Shown here: positions 48,955-60,646 of the stretch, piece by piece
Layout of the letters: the number at the start of each line of letters is the position of its first letter
Numbering within the stretch: position 1 is the stretch's first letter
Assembly: GCF_006345805.1 (NCBI RefSeq)
Contig: NC_042998.1
Span: forward strand, 69,316,001 to 69,380,000
Origin: Octopus sinensis
Lineage: Eukaryota
Length of the DNA: 64,000 bases
Reading direction: 5' to 3'
Program-made: the position numbers and the translations under genes
Notes under the pieces: generated by a model
What the model was told of the DNA's origin: nothing
Databases searched by the model: none
What the model saw: only the letters and a program-made list of their open reading frames with translations

Positions 48955-49150
48955 ACCCCCCCCCCCAAAAAAAAAAAAACGAAGAAAAAACAACAACGAG
49001 AGCACGTGGTATGTGCAAAACATTAAAAGACGCTCAGGAAAGGAAAGAAAGGTTGTTTAACGTTTCGAGCAAAGCTCTTCTTCAAAAACAGGAGACAGAG
49101 GAAAGTCCAAGAGAAAAGGAAGATGGAGGGAAAAAAATCGCCAACAGTTC
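48955..49150 (-). mobile_element. E-related hammerhead-bearing element next to (TA)n
   Basis: Shares gacgctcaggaa..tttaacgtttcgagc with family E, otherwise diverged. Confidence 0.65.
49054..49090 (-). ncRNA. type I hammerhead motif (UUGAAGA core)
   Basis: Reverse complement: tgttt-ttgaaga-a-gagc ttt gctc-GAAAC gtt-aaaca. Stems I and II are perfect, C3 is mutated to U. Confidence 0.65.
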
Positions 49151-49653
49151 TTTCGACAATGGGCAAGAGAAGCATGTAGCAAAATAAATGAATGAATATA
49201 AATAAATAAATAAATAAATAAATAGGTCTTTCTTGGGAATCCCGTTAAAGAGTGACAGAGGGAGAAATATTTAATGTGTAAGCCTTGTGGGACGGTTTTC
49301 TTTCAACTAAATCTTCAATTTGATATCGTCTGTCAATTTACTTTAACTGCGTTGACCTGGAAACTGTCTAATTTCGGTTTTTCATTTCTGCTTTCCACAT
49401 TCTTAAATGTGGTTTATTCCACCACACCCAAATACGAAGACATGCAAACATCCTGCTGGGTTCACACAGAATAGTACAACCACAGCGTTATGTTTTGCTT
49501 CATGCACTCAAAGACACGCACACACACACACACACACATACACACACACACACACACACATACACACACACAGTCACGCGGACGTACACATAAGCACACG
49601 GATACACATGCGTGCGCACATTCATATATAGGCGTGTGTGCACACTGCAGCTA

Positions 49654-49695
<42 letters not shown>

Positions 49696-50340
49696 CACAC
49701 ACACGTATATATAGGCAAACACAGAAGTAAGGAGAGATAAACGCGAATAGACACAGAGAAGCATACACATATATGCACACACTCACACACATACATACAA
49801 ATGCATATATAAAGGCAGATATACATGTACATACGCGTAAAACACGCTGAATTAAGTCACTCGTAGTTGTGCGCGTGCGCATGCGTGCGTGTGTACGTGC
49901 GTGCGCGTGTGTATGTGTATAAATCTAAATGTACGACTGCATGAATACACAAAGGCATAAAATGTTTTACACACAGGAACAACATCCATCTACACTCATA
50001 TGCACAGACAGACGCACTCGCCGAGCACGTATACATTCACACACGCAGTCACTCGCACCCGTAATTGCGCACACACGCAATCAAGCACGCATACTCACAC
50101 GATGTTAGTTTACTGATTATCTCTGAGTCATGATTACGTCACTGAAAAAAAATGAAAAATGTCTGAAGTTATATAATTCTATAATGAAGGGGGAATCGGT
50201 AGAACAGCGAACAAAACGCTTTATGCAATTTAGTTACCTCCCTCTTGGCTCTATTAAAATACTTCTCTGCTCATCATCGCTTTACGAACCACAGGTTGGC
50301 ACTTCTTCGTAATTATCCCATGATACGGAACGAAAGGATA

Positions 50341-50374
<34 letters not shown>

Positions 50375-50644
50375 CTTTCAAAATACAAAGACCTGGAAAT
50401 AGAGGTAACTAGAATGTGGAAAAAAAAAAATATTCAGACAAATACATAACAAAAACACCAGGACTTACAAACACATATAACATACAGAAAATTGCACTAC
50501 TAGGCACTGCACACATCCTACGCAGAACACTTTCAATACAGTAACCATCAGAGCACCACAGCATATACCCAAGGCACACAGAGCTGCGCTCGGTAGTGAA
50601 GTGAAAGCACGCTATAAAAATAAAACTACTGAATAATAATAATA

Positions 50645-50897
50645 ATCTTTTCTTCTCTAGGCACAACGTCCGAAATTTTGGGGGAGGGAGCCAGTCGATT
50701 AGATCGACCCCAGTACGCAACTGGTACTTAATTTATCGTCCCCGAAAAGATGAAAGGCAAAGACGACCTCGGCGGAATTTGAACTCAGAACGTAACGGCA
50801 GACGAAATACTAATAATTTCTTTTATTTGCCGCCAGGGTGAAGGATGAAGGGCAACAAGACAAAGACAGACATTAAGTGTAGGGGTTTACTACATGT
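50645..50897 (-). mobile_element. Tx1 LINE 3' terminus (50817-50897) fused to a SINE A right monomer
   Basis: Reverse complement: catccttcaccctggcggcaaataaaagaaa-ttatta-gtatttcgtctgccgttacg. Confidence 0.75.
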
Positions 50898-51019
50898 GTC
50901 TTGATTCTTTCATTCCATGACCCCAGCTGTCTGTCCATCTATCTATCTATCTATCTATCTATCATATATTCAACAAGATTCCGACATTCTTCAAAATACT
51001 ATATTGTATGGGTATTCTG

Positions 51020-51305
51020 TTATTCTTTTACTTGATTTAGTCATTGGACTGCTGCCATACTGGGGCATCTTCTTGCTGGGTTTAATCGAACAAATTGACG
51101 CCGGTACTTTTTTAAGTGTGGTATTTATTCTGTGAGTTTCTTTTGCCGAGCCACTAAGTTAAGGATACGTGAACAAAGAGTGGTTGTCAAGCGGTGGTGG
51201 GATACAAACCGGGACTATCGTAAAAGACACTTGCCCAAGGTACCGTGCAGTGGGACTGAACCTGTAACGATAAGGTTACAAAACGAACAACCTTGGCTGC
51301 ACCTA
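51020..51305 (-). mobile_element. SINE family B, deleted and diverged
   Basis: Reverse complement of tail and core fragments. Confidence 0.65.
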
Positions 51306-51634
51306 TATTATCTGCAGTTTCCAAATGAATTCTCCATAAATTATTAAATTATAATCTTAAAATGGCATGCAATATAGACTTAACCATGATCAACAGGACC
51401 AATGAGTAAAATAAAAATGACATTCGATGCGAGGTTCCATTAATACCAGTTAATATGATGAGGGCGATTTCATTGTTTCTTCAAAGTCTCTGGCCTTGTG
51501 TCTGAGAAAGTATTGTTATTAGATTCAATGTTGTAGTGAACAAAATGGCCGGCTTTATTTTACCTTCCTCTACGACAAACAAAATTATGTTATGCGATCT
51601 ACGTTCCTGTCTCTTTGCAGCAATCAGAATAATC

Positions 51635-51840
51635 TTTTCTTATTTTGGCTCAAGCCGGCAATTTTGAGGTGTGGAGAAGTCGGTTACATCGACTCCAGAG
51701 ACCGACTAGTACTTATTTTATCGATCCCGAAAGGGTGAAAGGCAAAGTCGACCTCGGTGGAATTTGAACTCAGAACGTAAAGGCACGAAACGCCGCTAAG
51801 TATTTTGTCCTGCGCGGTAACGAATCTACCAGTTCGCATC
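51635..51840 (-). mobile_element. SINE family A short-tail monomer
   Basis: Reverse complement of head and core. Confidence 0.8.
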
Positions 51841-51961
51841 TTTGCAGCAGTCAACATGATGCTTTTATAATTTATGTCTCCTGTCCCCTTTTTGGAGACA
51901 AAATTACCGTCTTTAAGTTATTCCCCTGTCATCTTACAGCAGTAAAAATAACGCTGTTTAA

Positions 51962-52365
51962 AAGCGGCGAGCTGGCAGAAACGTTAGCACACTGGACGAA
52001 ATGCTTAGCGGTATTTCGTCTGCCGTTACGTTCTGAGTTCAAATTCCGCCGAGGTCGACTTTGCCTTTCATCTTTTCGGGGTCGATTAAATAAGTACCAG
52101 TTATGCACTGGGGTCGATATAATCGACTTAATCCGTTTGTCTGTCCTTGTTTGTCTTTTCTGTGTTTAGCCCCTTGTGGGTAGTAAAGAAATAGGTATTT
52201 CGTCTGCCGTTATGTCCTGAGTTCAAATTCCGCCGAGGTCGACTTTGCCTTTCATCCTTTCGGGGTCGATTAAATAAATACTAGTTACGCACTGGGGTCG
52301 ATGTAATCGACTGGACTCCCTCCCCAAAAATTACGGGCTTTGTGCCTAGAGTAGAACCCCCCCCC
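51962..52365 (+). mobile_element. SINE family A dimer, intact young copy
   Basis: Junction at 52194/5. 15-bp TSD aataa(c/a)gctgtttaa at 51947-51961 and 52367-52381. Confidence 0.9.
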
Positions 52366-52739
52366 CAATAAAGCTGTTTAATTTATGTTCCTTGTCCTCT
52401 TAGTGAAGATTTTATGCCCTGCTTGATACTATTTTATATCTTGTTCCCTTATGGTATACAAAATTACTGGCTGTGTTTGTTCTATGTTCCCTTACATTTT
52501 GAAATCATATGCCGTCAGGGTTTTGACTACGCTGTTCATCTTGGCTCCAGGGTCAAGGTACTGTGGGTGATTAGCCTCACTCTTTCACACCCCTACGCAA
52601 AAGTTGAATTTCTGGTGTAGGAAATCTCTCTCTCTCTCTCTCTCTCACACCTCCCCCATACACATACACACAGAGGAGAGTTGTGAGAGATTAAAATAAT
52701 AAATGCATCCTTGCTGGATCGCTTGCAGAAAAAAAACAT

Positions 52740-54300
52740 CAAAGCTTGTTACTGTTACGACTAGCAGGAGGGTTGTTGCAGTGAAAGGATGAGAAGAGCG
52801 GTAGTAGCAGACGAAGTGACGTAGGATCTAGATATAGGTGAGGAAAACGATATCACCAACACTGCAGCAAATTTAACTCTTATATCTTACATGAGAACTG
52901 CAGCCGCATTAGCTGCAACGAATGTAAGAGCAGTAGTAATATTGATAGCAGTAATCACTGCAATATTTGCGACAACAAAAATATCAGTTACTAATACAGC
53001 TTTAGGTACTAAAAAGTCACAAAGGTAGCTGTAGTGAGGATTGCCCTGCAGTCAGGGGTAAGGATTGTGTTAACAGCAGAGGGAGGAATAGCAAGGGTAG
53101 TGGTAAGAGGTGTACCGATAGTAACAGCAAGAATTGCAGAAATGAGGGAAGCAGCAGTTTTTGGTAATAAAACTGATGACAGAGACATGATTGCCCTATC
53201 AAGTATCCAACACTCGATATTCGTTACACAAAGGGTTTTTAATGTAAGCCTGTATCATATCTAGGAATCGATACAAAAGAACTTTGGCTGAAAATGCTAA
53301 ACTAGGTAGAGTCGTAGCCGAATAAGACAATATGGCTGACGGATTTAAACACTTAACTTTCATTGGTCAAGACCACGCCTTTGCGACTAGGAGCTGTTTC
53401 TGAGTGTTTTAAATGACAAGCGTTCGTTAACATAGAATATTAAACTGAAGGTTTTTAATGTATCATGCCTCCCGCAAGCATTGACAGAAAAACGGGAGAG
53501 AACCTCCTCCAGCCGATTTGGAAAGAACCTTTTATAGCCAACAAATATCAATTTTTCGAAAAAAAACATAAATTTTGGAGATTGAGTGTGATTTCAAAAT
53601 AGATGGAAATGTATAAACAAGTTCTATTCAGTAAAACGCCAAGACCCTTTCTTAGTACCCCATTGTTAGGAAAAGAAGGATCGCATGTAGCGAAACGAAA
53701 TCTATTTTTATCTGATGCCGTCATGAATCTCTCTAAATAAGAATAGTGAAGTGTTGTGTTTCAAACTCTCTAAGGATTGAAACGAGGCAAGATTCATTCT
53801 CAGTAAGAGTTAGTTATATGTCTAATATCAGATTGGTAAGAGTAGTGGTGACCAGAATGCCCAGATATTTATTATGTGACTTGAAAGATCATTTCCACTA
53901 ACAAAGGCAACAATAACGACAGAAGCATCCACAAAAACTTCAGATTCCCACAAAGCCTTGCGATAAATAGGAGATAAATACAAGAGCGACCGGGACGTAC
54001 AAAGGACGAGCTGTAGGACACATGTCTACGGAGCCATCCTTCCTCTGAGACCTGTATCCCTTAGTCACAGGATCATCTGCTATTTAGCTAAAAACTGGGG
54101 CTCTTGACAATTTTTATACCACCTTTGGCCAGAGCGTATCTGAGTGCCATTGTGACTAAGGAATAACTCCATTCACCTCCAAAACTCCTGAACTCCGGCG
54201 CCGAGTCCTACCACCGAATGCAGTTTAATATCTTGGTTGTGACACGGAAATTAGAGAGATACCGTAGTTAAACCACATTCTTCTTGTTCAGAAAAAGACC
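52740..54300 (-). other. decayed coding-like island, possibly retroelement ORF1 (SGNH esterase-like block + Thr/Ala/Ile-rich stretch)
   Basis: Minus-strand translation gives DASVVIVAFVSGNDLSS (GxND-like) and MSLSSVLLPKTAASLISAILAVTIGTPLTTTL. Microsatellite-free, many stops. Confidence 0.3.
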
Positions 54301-55372
54301 GGCTTGATTAGTTTCAGTTTCGCAGACTGAGTTAAAAAGTGTTTAGTAAAAAACACACTGTTAGGTCTACTTTACATCTGTAGAACAAAATAACGCAGTG
54401 TTGTGTTTCTATTAATAAACAAATATAGTCAACATTTGCATTATTATGTAAATTAGAACAGGCGAATTCAATTTTAACTTTGTGTATACAATAAATAGCT
54501 ATATCAATAATGCGGTTGAGTTAAAACCCTCAGGGGAGCAATTTGCTTACTAATGACAAATGTTTTAATGCTTCACATATGTAATGTAGTTAGTTAAACA
54601 ACTTCGAATCATTGGGCGTACAATGACTTGAAGTGGGGGAAATACAATCGTGTGGTTTTCCGTTGCCTCCTCATAGCACACCACTGAAATATTTTGTGCT
54701 ATGATTTGAAAAAGAGGAGTTCAATCGATTGTTTTCCTATTGCCCCGAAAAACAATCCACTGAAATACTTTGCGTATTTATTTGAAGGGGGAAATTACAG
54801 TTGTGTGACTGAAAAATTTACTCTAATATTGCATGTTAACAAACACTTGTCACTCACAAAACACTAGTTAAAATGGCGTACTGGAAGTTTGACTAAAGAA
54901 AGTTAATCGCTTAAACCCATCAACCATATTAGCTTATCCAGTTTACGATTCTACCTACTTTAAGTATATTTAACTAAAGACTTTTTTGTATTGATTTCTA
55001 TCATTATCTAGCAGCTGTCTGACCCTTCATTTTGTTAAGATTGACTCTCTTGTGAGTATCTAGGCGTTAGCATTTTATATTAGTTTTCCAAAGTACCTAC
55101 AACTGCGCACCATCACCTCGATGTCAACACAAAATGTAATACATTTTTTTCATCGGCCATAATTAGGCTTGACCCAAATCCCTGATATTAAATGTAATGT
55201 GTACTTTATTCATTTAGACAATTCAATCCATCCGCCCAACAGGTGATACTTTTTGCGTTCTTTCTTTTTTTATTTTTGCAAATGCGTTCTTTTTTTTTTT
55301 TTTTTGCAAATAACGAGACAACGATTGTTTCCGAAAACAAATGACCGATTTTCTAAACTAAACCGACCCCAC

Positions 55373-55379
<7 letters not shown>

Positions 55380-55418
<39 letters not shown>

Positions 55419-55493
55419 CACACACATACATTCATACACGCACCCACACACACAGTTATCTCATGACATTCACGCACACACGTGTGTGTGAGT

Positions 55494-55548
<55 letters not shown>

Positions 55549-55623
55549 TACATACATACATACACTCACCCCCACACACAGTTATCTCATGACATTCACG
55601 CACACACGTGTGTGTGAGTATAC

Positions 55624-55673
<50 letters not shown>

Positions 55674-55760
55674 TACATACATACATACACTCACCCCCAC
55701 ACACAGTTATCTCATGACATTCACGCACACACGTGTGTGTGAGTATACATATATATATAC
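55380..55760. repeat. three tandem ~125-bp units with embedded microsatellites
   Basis: cacacagttatctcatgacattcacgcacacacgtgtgtgtgagtatac repeated at ~55450, 55575 and 55700. Confidence 0.9.
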
Positions 55761-56136
55761 AAGAGTGTCGTATAGAATGTATCACAGTATTCTTTCGTTC
55801 CCCTACTTTCTGGGATCAAATCCCATTAAAGTTCCTTTACTCTTCATCCTAAATGCCATATTGCTTGTCAGGAAAAGTGCACCTAAGACTAAATTGTTCA
55901 GCATGTCTTTCCTTGTATATGAACAACACGCACACACACATTAAATTTATTTACATTCTGTCCCGATATCCATCTGGTTGTACAGTACATGTGCAGTGTT
56001 AACTGGGTATATTTTTAAGAGAGGAAGTTAGATTGTTACAACTGAGAACAGCAAGCGTGATATAATGCCACATGATGTGTTTGTGTGCATACAATATTCT
56101 TATTTTCTTTATTATTTATATTTTCTTTCTCGCCCT

Positions 56137-56375
56137 TTTAAAGCTTAGCCAGGCTCACGGGCCCGGTTTCCCGGTTTCAATAGCGTATGTGTTCCCCAGC
56201 TGGATGGGACGCCAGTCCATCGCAGCGTTACTCATTTTTGCCAGCTGAGTGCACTGGAGCAACGTGAAATGAAGTGTTTTGCTCAAGAACACAACGCGTC
56301 GCCCGGTCCAGGAATCGAAACCACAATCTTACGATCACGATGCTGACACCCTAACCACTAAGCCACGCGCCTCCA
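56137..56375 (-). mobile_element. SINE with family C head/core but a different (V-domain-like) tail
   Basis: Reverse complement: ggcgcgtggcttagtggttagg..gttcttgagcaa..ctgcgatggactggcgtcccatccag. The V-SINE resemblance is from recall and unverified. Confidence 0.7.
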
Positions 56376-56499
56376 CATTATTAATATTAACATTATTTTA
56401 TTTTTTCGAGCTGATCGCCTGCCAAAATTTGGATCCATTATTTCTATTTATTATTTACGGTCTTCTACACGATATCCAAATGCCATTGATTAAATTTCG

Positions 56500-56534
<35 letters not shown>

Positions 56535-56593
56535 AAAGCGCGCGCGTGTAAATTTGCTCAACGTATATATACATGCATATATAATTTATAATG

Positions 56594-56776
56594 GAGTAAA
56601 GATTATTTGCCAACATATTTTCGAACAAGGAAGTTTGGCGTCCCCACTCTGCTTAGAGCAATATCTGCACACCAATGGTTTCTAGGTTATTTCTCTTCAT
56701 CAGCACAGAATAACTGCTCGGCTAGAGATGGCGCCACCAAACTCTTGTTTGAAATATATATTTTTCAAAATGTCAC
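56594..56776. mobile_element. family H element, single-arm deleted copy
   Basis: Homologous to 43022-43270. 13-bp TSD ataatttataatg at 56581-56593 and 56777-56789. Confidence 0.7.
56665..56708 (-). ncRNA. type I hammerhead motif (family H)
   Basis: Reverse complement: ctgtg-CTGATGA-agag aaataa ccta-GAAA cc att gg t g-tgcag. Stem II is weakened and H17 is G. Confidence 0.5.
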
Positions 56777-56882
56777 ATAATTTATAATGTTATATATAAT
56801 GTCCAAAAAGCATGCACTAGTTAGTCATCAGATACGAAACGACGTCATCGATATGCTATCTTTAAGGTAGCATGTTCGTGCA

Positions 56883-56920
<38 letters not shown>

Positions 56921-57009
56921 TAAGGAAAATTTTTTTAAAAAAACAGAATGCTCAAATGAAAGAAAATTTTAATAAAATGAGAAAATGATAAAATATATAA
57001 ATATATATT

Positions 57010-57050
57010 TATTCAACCGGTTTTCGTCATTGTATGACTTGTCAAGAATA
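57010..57050 (-). ncRNA. degenerate hammerhead in the PLE 3' pseudo-LTR
   Basis: Reverse complement: tattc-ttgacaa-gtca tacaa tgac-gaaa accggtt-gaata. Stems I and II are perfect, palindromic stem III, two transitions in the core. Confidence 0.6.
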
Positions 57051-57682
57051 TTTATGTTTTAAGAAGTTATTTTAAAAATTAGAAATGGGAAAAAAAGAAA
57101 ATTGCATTGTTTTTTGTAAAAGAATAATGATAAAAATGTACAAAAATTAAAAAATAAGTTCTCCGATACATTGTGAGTTCGTTGTGTATCTTGAGTTTTA
57201 TGGTTGTTTACCAAAAAATTACCTTGAGGTGTTAAGATCCAAAGGGATTAAGAGCATGTGATGTGTTGTGTTGTTAAATTCAGCATGTTGCAGGACAGGA
57301 AGTAGTAGTAATTGTGGTCCTGGTTCTTCAGTTCCTGTGTTGTGGGTAAGGGGAGACAACTCTTTTGAGTTCTTCAATAAAACCCAAATTATAAAACTAT
57401 CATTTTAGCTTCATTTGCATTATCTTTTTTATATAATTGCTTGTTAACTTAACTTTCAGATTTTAACACTTTATTTATATTATTTTCTAATAATATAAAT
57501 CTGCATAGACAATTGCATTTCAAATTGTCATATCATTTATAATAAAAATGATAGTAATAACAACAATAGTAAAAATGATATTTAAAGAATATAAGTTTTA
57601 GCTTGAAGTGATGAATACATGGTATCTTTATATATTTGTGTTAGTCCATCCATGAAGAGTGAGGTAGAGAAAGGAAGTTTGA

Positions 57683-58207
57683 TCAACGAGGAGTTTGCAT
57701 ATTAAGTTGTGTTTGGAATTTTTCAATAAAGAGATTCTCCTTGTTAATTCTCTCCTGTGTGGTGATCCCGTCTTTACATTGGTAGAAGGGGAATATATAG
57801 AATTTGGGGTTTAAGTCTTTAGCACATGAGTCTAAGTGGTCACTCAGTGGAATTTGTCGGTATTCCGGAAGGTTTATTTGTTCTTTATGCACCGTTACTC
57901 GTTTACGTAACGGGAGACTCGTTTGTCCAACATAATTATGTTGGCAACCAGCGCATGTGAGAACGTAGATAAGGTTCTCGGAGGAACAGGAGAAGTTAGT
58001 CTTGATTTTAAACTTCGTACCTTGTTTGAAGGTAAATTCAGAGCCTTCAAGTAGAAAGGGGCAGGTACCACAGTTTGAGCGTGCACATTTTTTTACTGTT
58101 GGGGGTGGATGTGGTGTGTGAAGTTTGGCATTTGTCAAGAGTTTTTTTAAAGATTTGTGTTGCCTTTTGCATTTGAGGATTTTGTGTGTATTTATAATGT
58201 TTTTCAT
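57683..58207 (-). CDS. PLE linker + GIY-YIG endonuclease
   Basis: KKCARSNCGTCPFL..CSSENLIYVLTCAGCQHNYVGQTSLPLRKRVTVH..ERINKENLFIEKFQTQLN. Confidence 0.9.
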   Translation of the reverse strand: MKNIINTHKILKCKRQHKSLKKLLTNAKLHTPHPPPTVKKCARSNCGTCPFLLEGSEFTFKQGTKFKIKTNFSCSSENLIYVLTCAGCQHNYVGQTSLPLRKRVTVHKEQINLPEYRQIPLSDHLDSCAKDLNPKFYIFPFYQCKDGITTQERINKENLFIEKFQTQLNMQTPR

Positions 58208-58399
58208 TTTTGGGTCTGTTGACAGTAGACTGAGGTTTTGTATGATTGTGGTGCATGCTTCGATATTTTTGGGGTTGTGGGTGGAAATGTATGGAAGTAT
58301 TTTGAGGTTGTGTGTGGTGTTAGGTTGGGTGGTTTTCAGTGTAGTGTTGTCTAGTTCTTTGGCGCGTTTTATTCCATACTCTATAAGGGTGGAGGGATA

Positions 58400-59990
58400 T
58401 TGACGTTGTAATAGTGTTTTTTTGAGGTCTTGAAGGCGTATTTCTCGTGTTTTTGGATCCGAGACAATGGTGCATACCCTTTTAGCTAAATTGAAAGGGA
58501 TATTTGTCTTGGTGTGTTTTGGGTGGCATGAACTAAAGAGGAGGTATTGTTGTGAGTCTGTAGGTTTGTGGTAGATGTCTGTTATGATTTGGTTCTTAGG
58601 TGTTTTTATATTAGGAGATCAAGGAATGGGAGATGATGTTTGCTTAATTCCATAGTGATTGGATGGGTTGGGATGTATGTTGTTTAGTATGGTTTTGAAT
58701 TCCAGGAGTTTTTCATAAGGTTCTTTCCATATGATGAAACAATCATCTAAATACCTTTTCCAGTTTTCCATTAGGTAGGTGTGGAAAACATGTCCAAATT
58801 TCTGGCTTGATATTTCATAGAGTGACAGTTCGAAGTAACCCATTATGAGGTTCGCAAGGACTGGTGCAGCCTTGGTACCCATCGCAATGCCACATTTTTG
58901 ACGGTAGTGTGTGTCGTCGAAGAGAAAAAAATTGTTTGTCAGAATGAACTTAAGAGATTCTGTAATAAAAGACTTGTTAATGCGGTCAGGGAATGTCTCT
59001 GGGTGTTTTTCTAGCCAGAAGTCAATTGCCTCTATACCATACTCGTGTGGAATGTTGGTGTAGAGGTTGATGACATCAAAGGATACCAGGAGTGCCTCCT
59101 CGTTAACTGTTTTCGGGAGGTGTTTGAGCATGTCCAGATCATCCCTAATGAAACTTTTGATGTGGGTAAGGAAAGGTTTCAAAAGGATGTCTAGGAAGTT
59201 ACTCAGGCGGTGTGTTTCACAGGAGGTACCAGCCACGATGGGCCTTAGTTTTAGGTCCTCCGGTGCTTTGATGTTGATGTGGATGTCAGTGGAGAGTTTG
59301 CAGGCTTCGGTGATGTATTTGTTTATGGATTTTAGGAAGACCATAAAAAAGGCTGGGCTTGCATTTGAAAATGGTGATATAATCCCTTTCTTTTTCTGTG
59401 AGTCCCTGACCGTGTTGGCGTATGAGTGTGGTGAGGTTTCTGATTGTTTTTGCTGTTTGTAGTTGTTAATAACCTCATAGAAAATGTTATTGTTAAGCAT
59501 GGAGAACACTAGGTGTTTATAAAATTCCGTGTCCATAAGGACCACAGCACTCCCTTTGTCCGCTTCTTTGATGGTGAGGTTTTTATCCAGTTGTATGTCA
59601 CGTAGGTTTTCCCATTCTTCCTTACTGAAATTGGATTTTACCTTGGTTTTGCTTGGGGTAAAGGGGAGACTCTGGATGTGTTTACAGAAATCGTCCAGTG
59701 TTTTATTTCTCCCTTTTGGTGGTAGGAAGTTGCTTTTATTTCTGATCAATGAATCGTCCCCATTGTTGATATCTGTCAAAGCTTCTGTTAGGCGAAGTTT
59801 TCTGCAGAATTCAGAAACGTCATCCTTGACCTCCGGGGGGTTGGGTGTTCTTGGGGTGGGTGTGAATTTCAAACCTCTTGCTAGGATGTTGATTTGGGTT
59901 GGTGTCAGTGTTTTGCTGGAGAGATTTATAATTTTTGTTTTCTTATTTTGGGTCTGTGTTAGCGGTGGTGTTTGTATTTTTCCCCTCTGT
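58400..59990 (-). pseudogene. PLE reverse transcriptase, frameshifted
   Basis: ADKGSAVV, LRPIV, FDVINLYTNIP, GIAMGT, RYLDD, TDIYHKPT..YL..SCHP. FYGLPKIHK lies in a shifted frame (~59330-59450), and there is a further +1 shift near 58660. Confidence 0.92.
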
Positions 59991-60646
59991 CTAAAAAATG
60001 GTTGTTGAGGTAAGGGGTGTATTCTTTGTTAAAGTTCTGGTGTATGTGTAGGAGTGTTTTTGGGTGGGGAGGTTGGAGGGGGGTAGGTAGTTGTCGTATT
60101 TGTGTTGGTATGGGATGCGATGGTGTAAGGATTTGTGAGAAATGCGATGGGTTTGTGGGTGTGTGACTGGTAGATTGTATGGGGGGATGTAGGGGGGTAT
60201 GTAGTTGTGGTGATTGGGTTCGTGTGGGATGTGAGGGTTTGGAGATCTGTAGGAGATGTGGTAGGAATGTGGTTGTTGGATGGGTGGACTATAGGGGGTT
60301 CGTTGGGTGGGTCTTATATGTATCGGTGTGGGTAGGATGCCTTGTTTGTTATTAGTGTGAAGGAGGGGAGCCTTGAGGGGGGGATAATTTCTAGTGTATG
60401 GGAGGTTCTTGAAGGTTCTAATCGGTGGGGGAGGGGTGTTAGAGTGATTGGAAAACCAGGTTTTGTGGTGGGTCTGTTTGAGATGTTGTTCGGGGGGGAA
60501 AAGGTTTTTTATATGGTTGGGGGAGGTTGTGTCCTGTTAGGAGGGGGTTTGGAGAGTATGTGTATTTGAGGTGCGGTTTGGAATGGTGTTTATGGGGTAC
60601 AGTGGAAGTCTGTGTTGTAGGTACTTTTATGAATGGGTTTTTGGAT

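Noticed and set aside
59067-60008. Plus-strand ORFs of 131 and 159 aa
   Set aside because: They are antisense shadows of the PLE RT frame.
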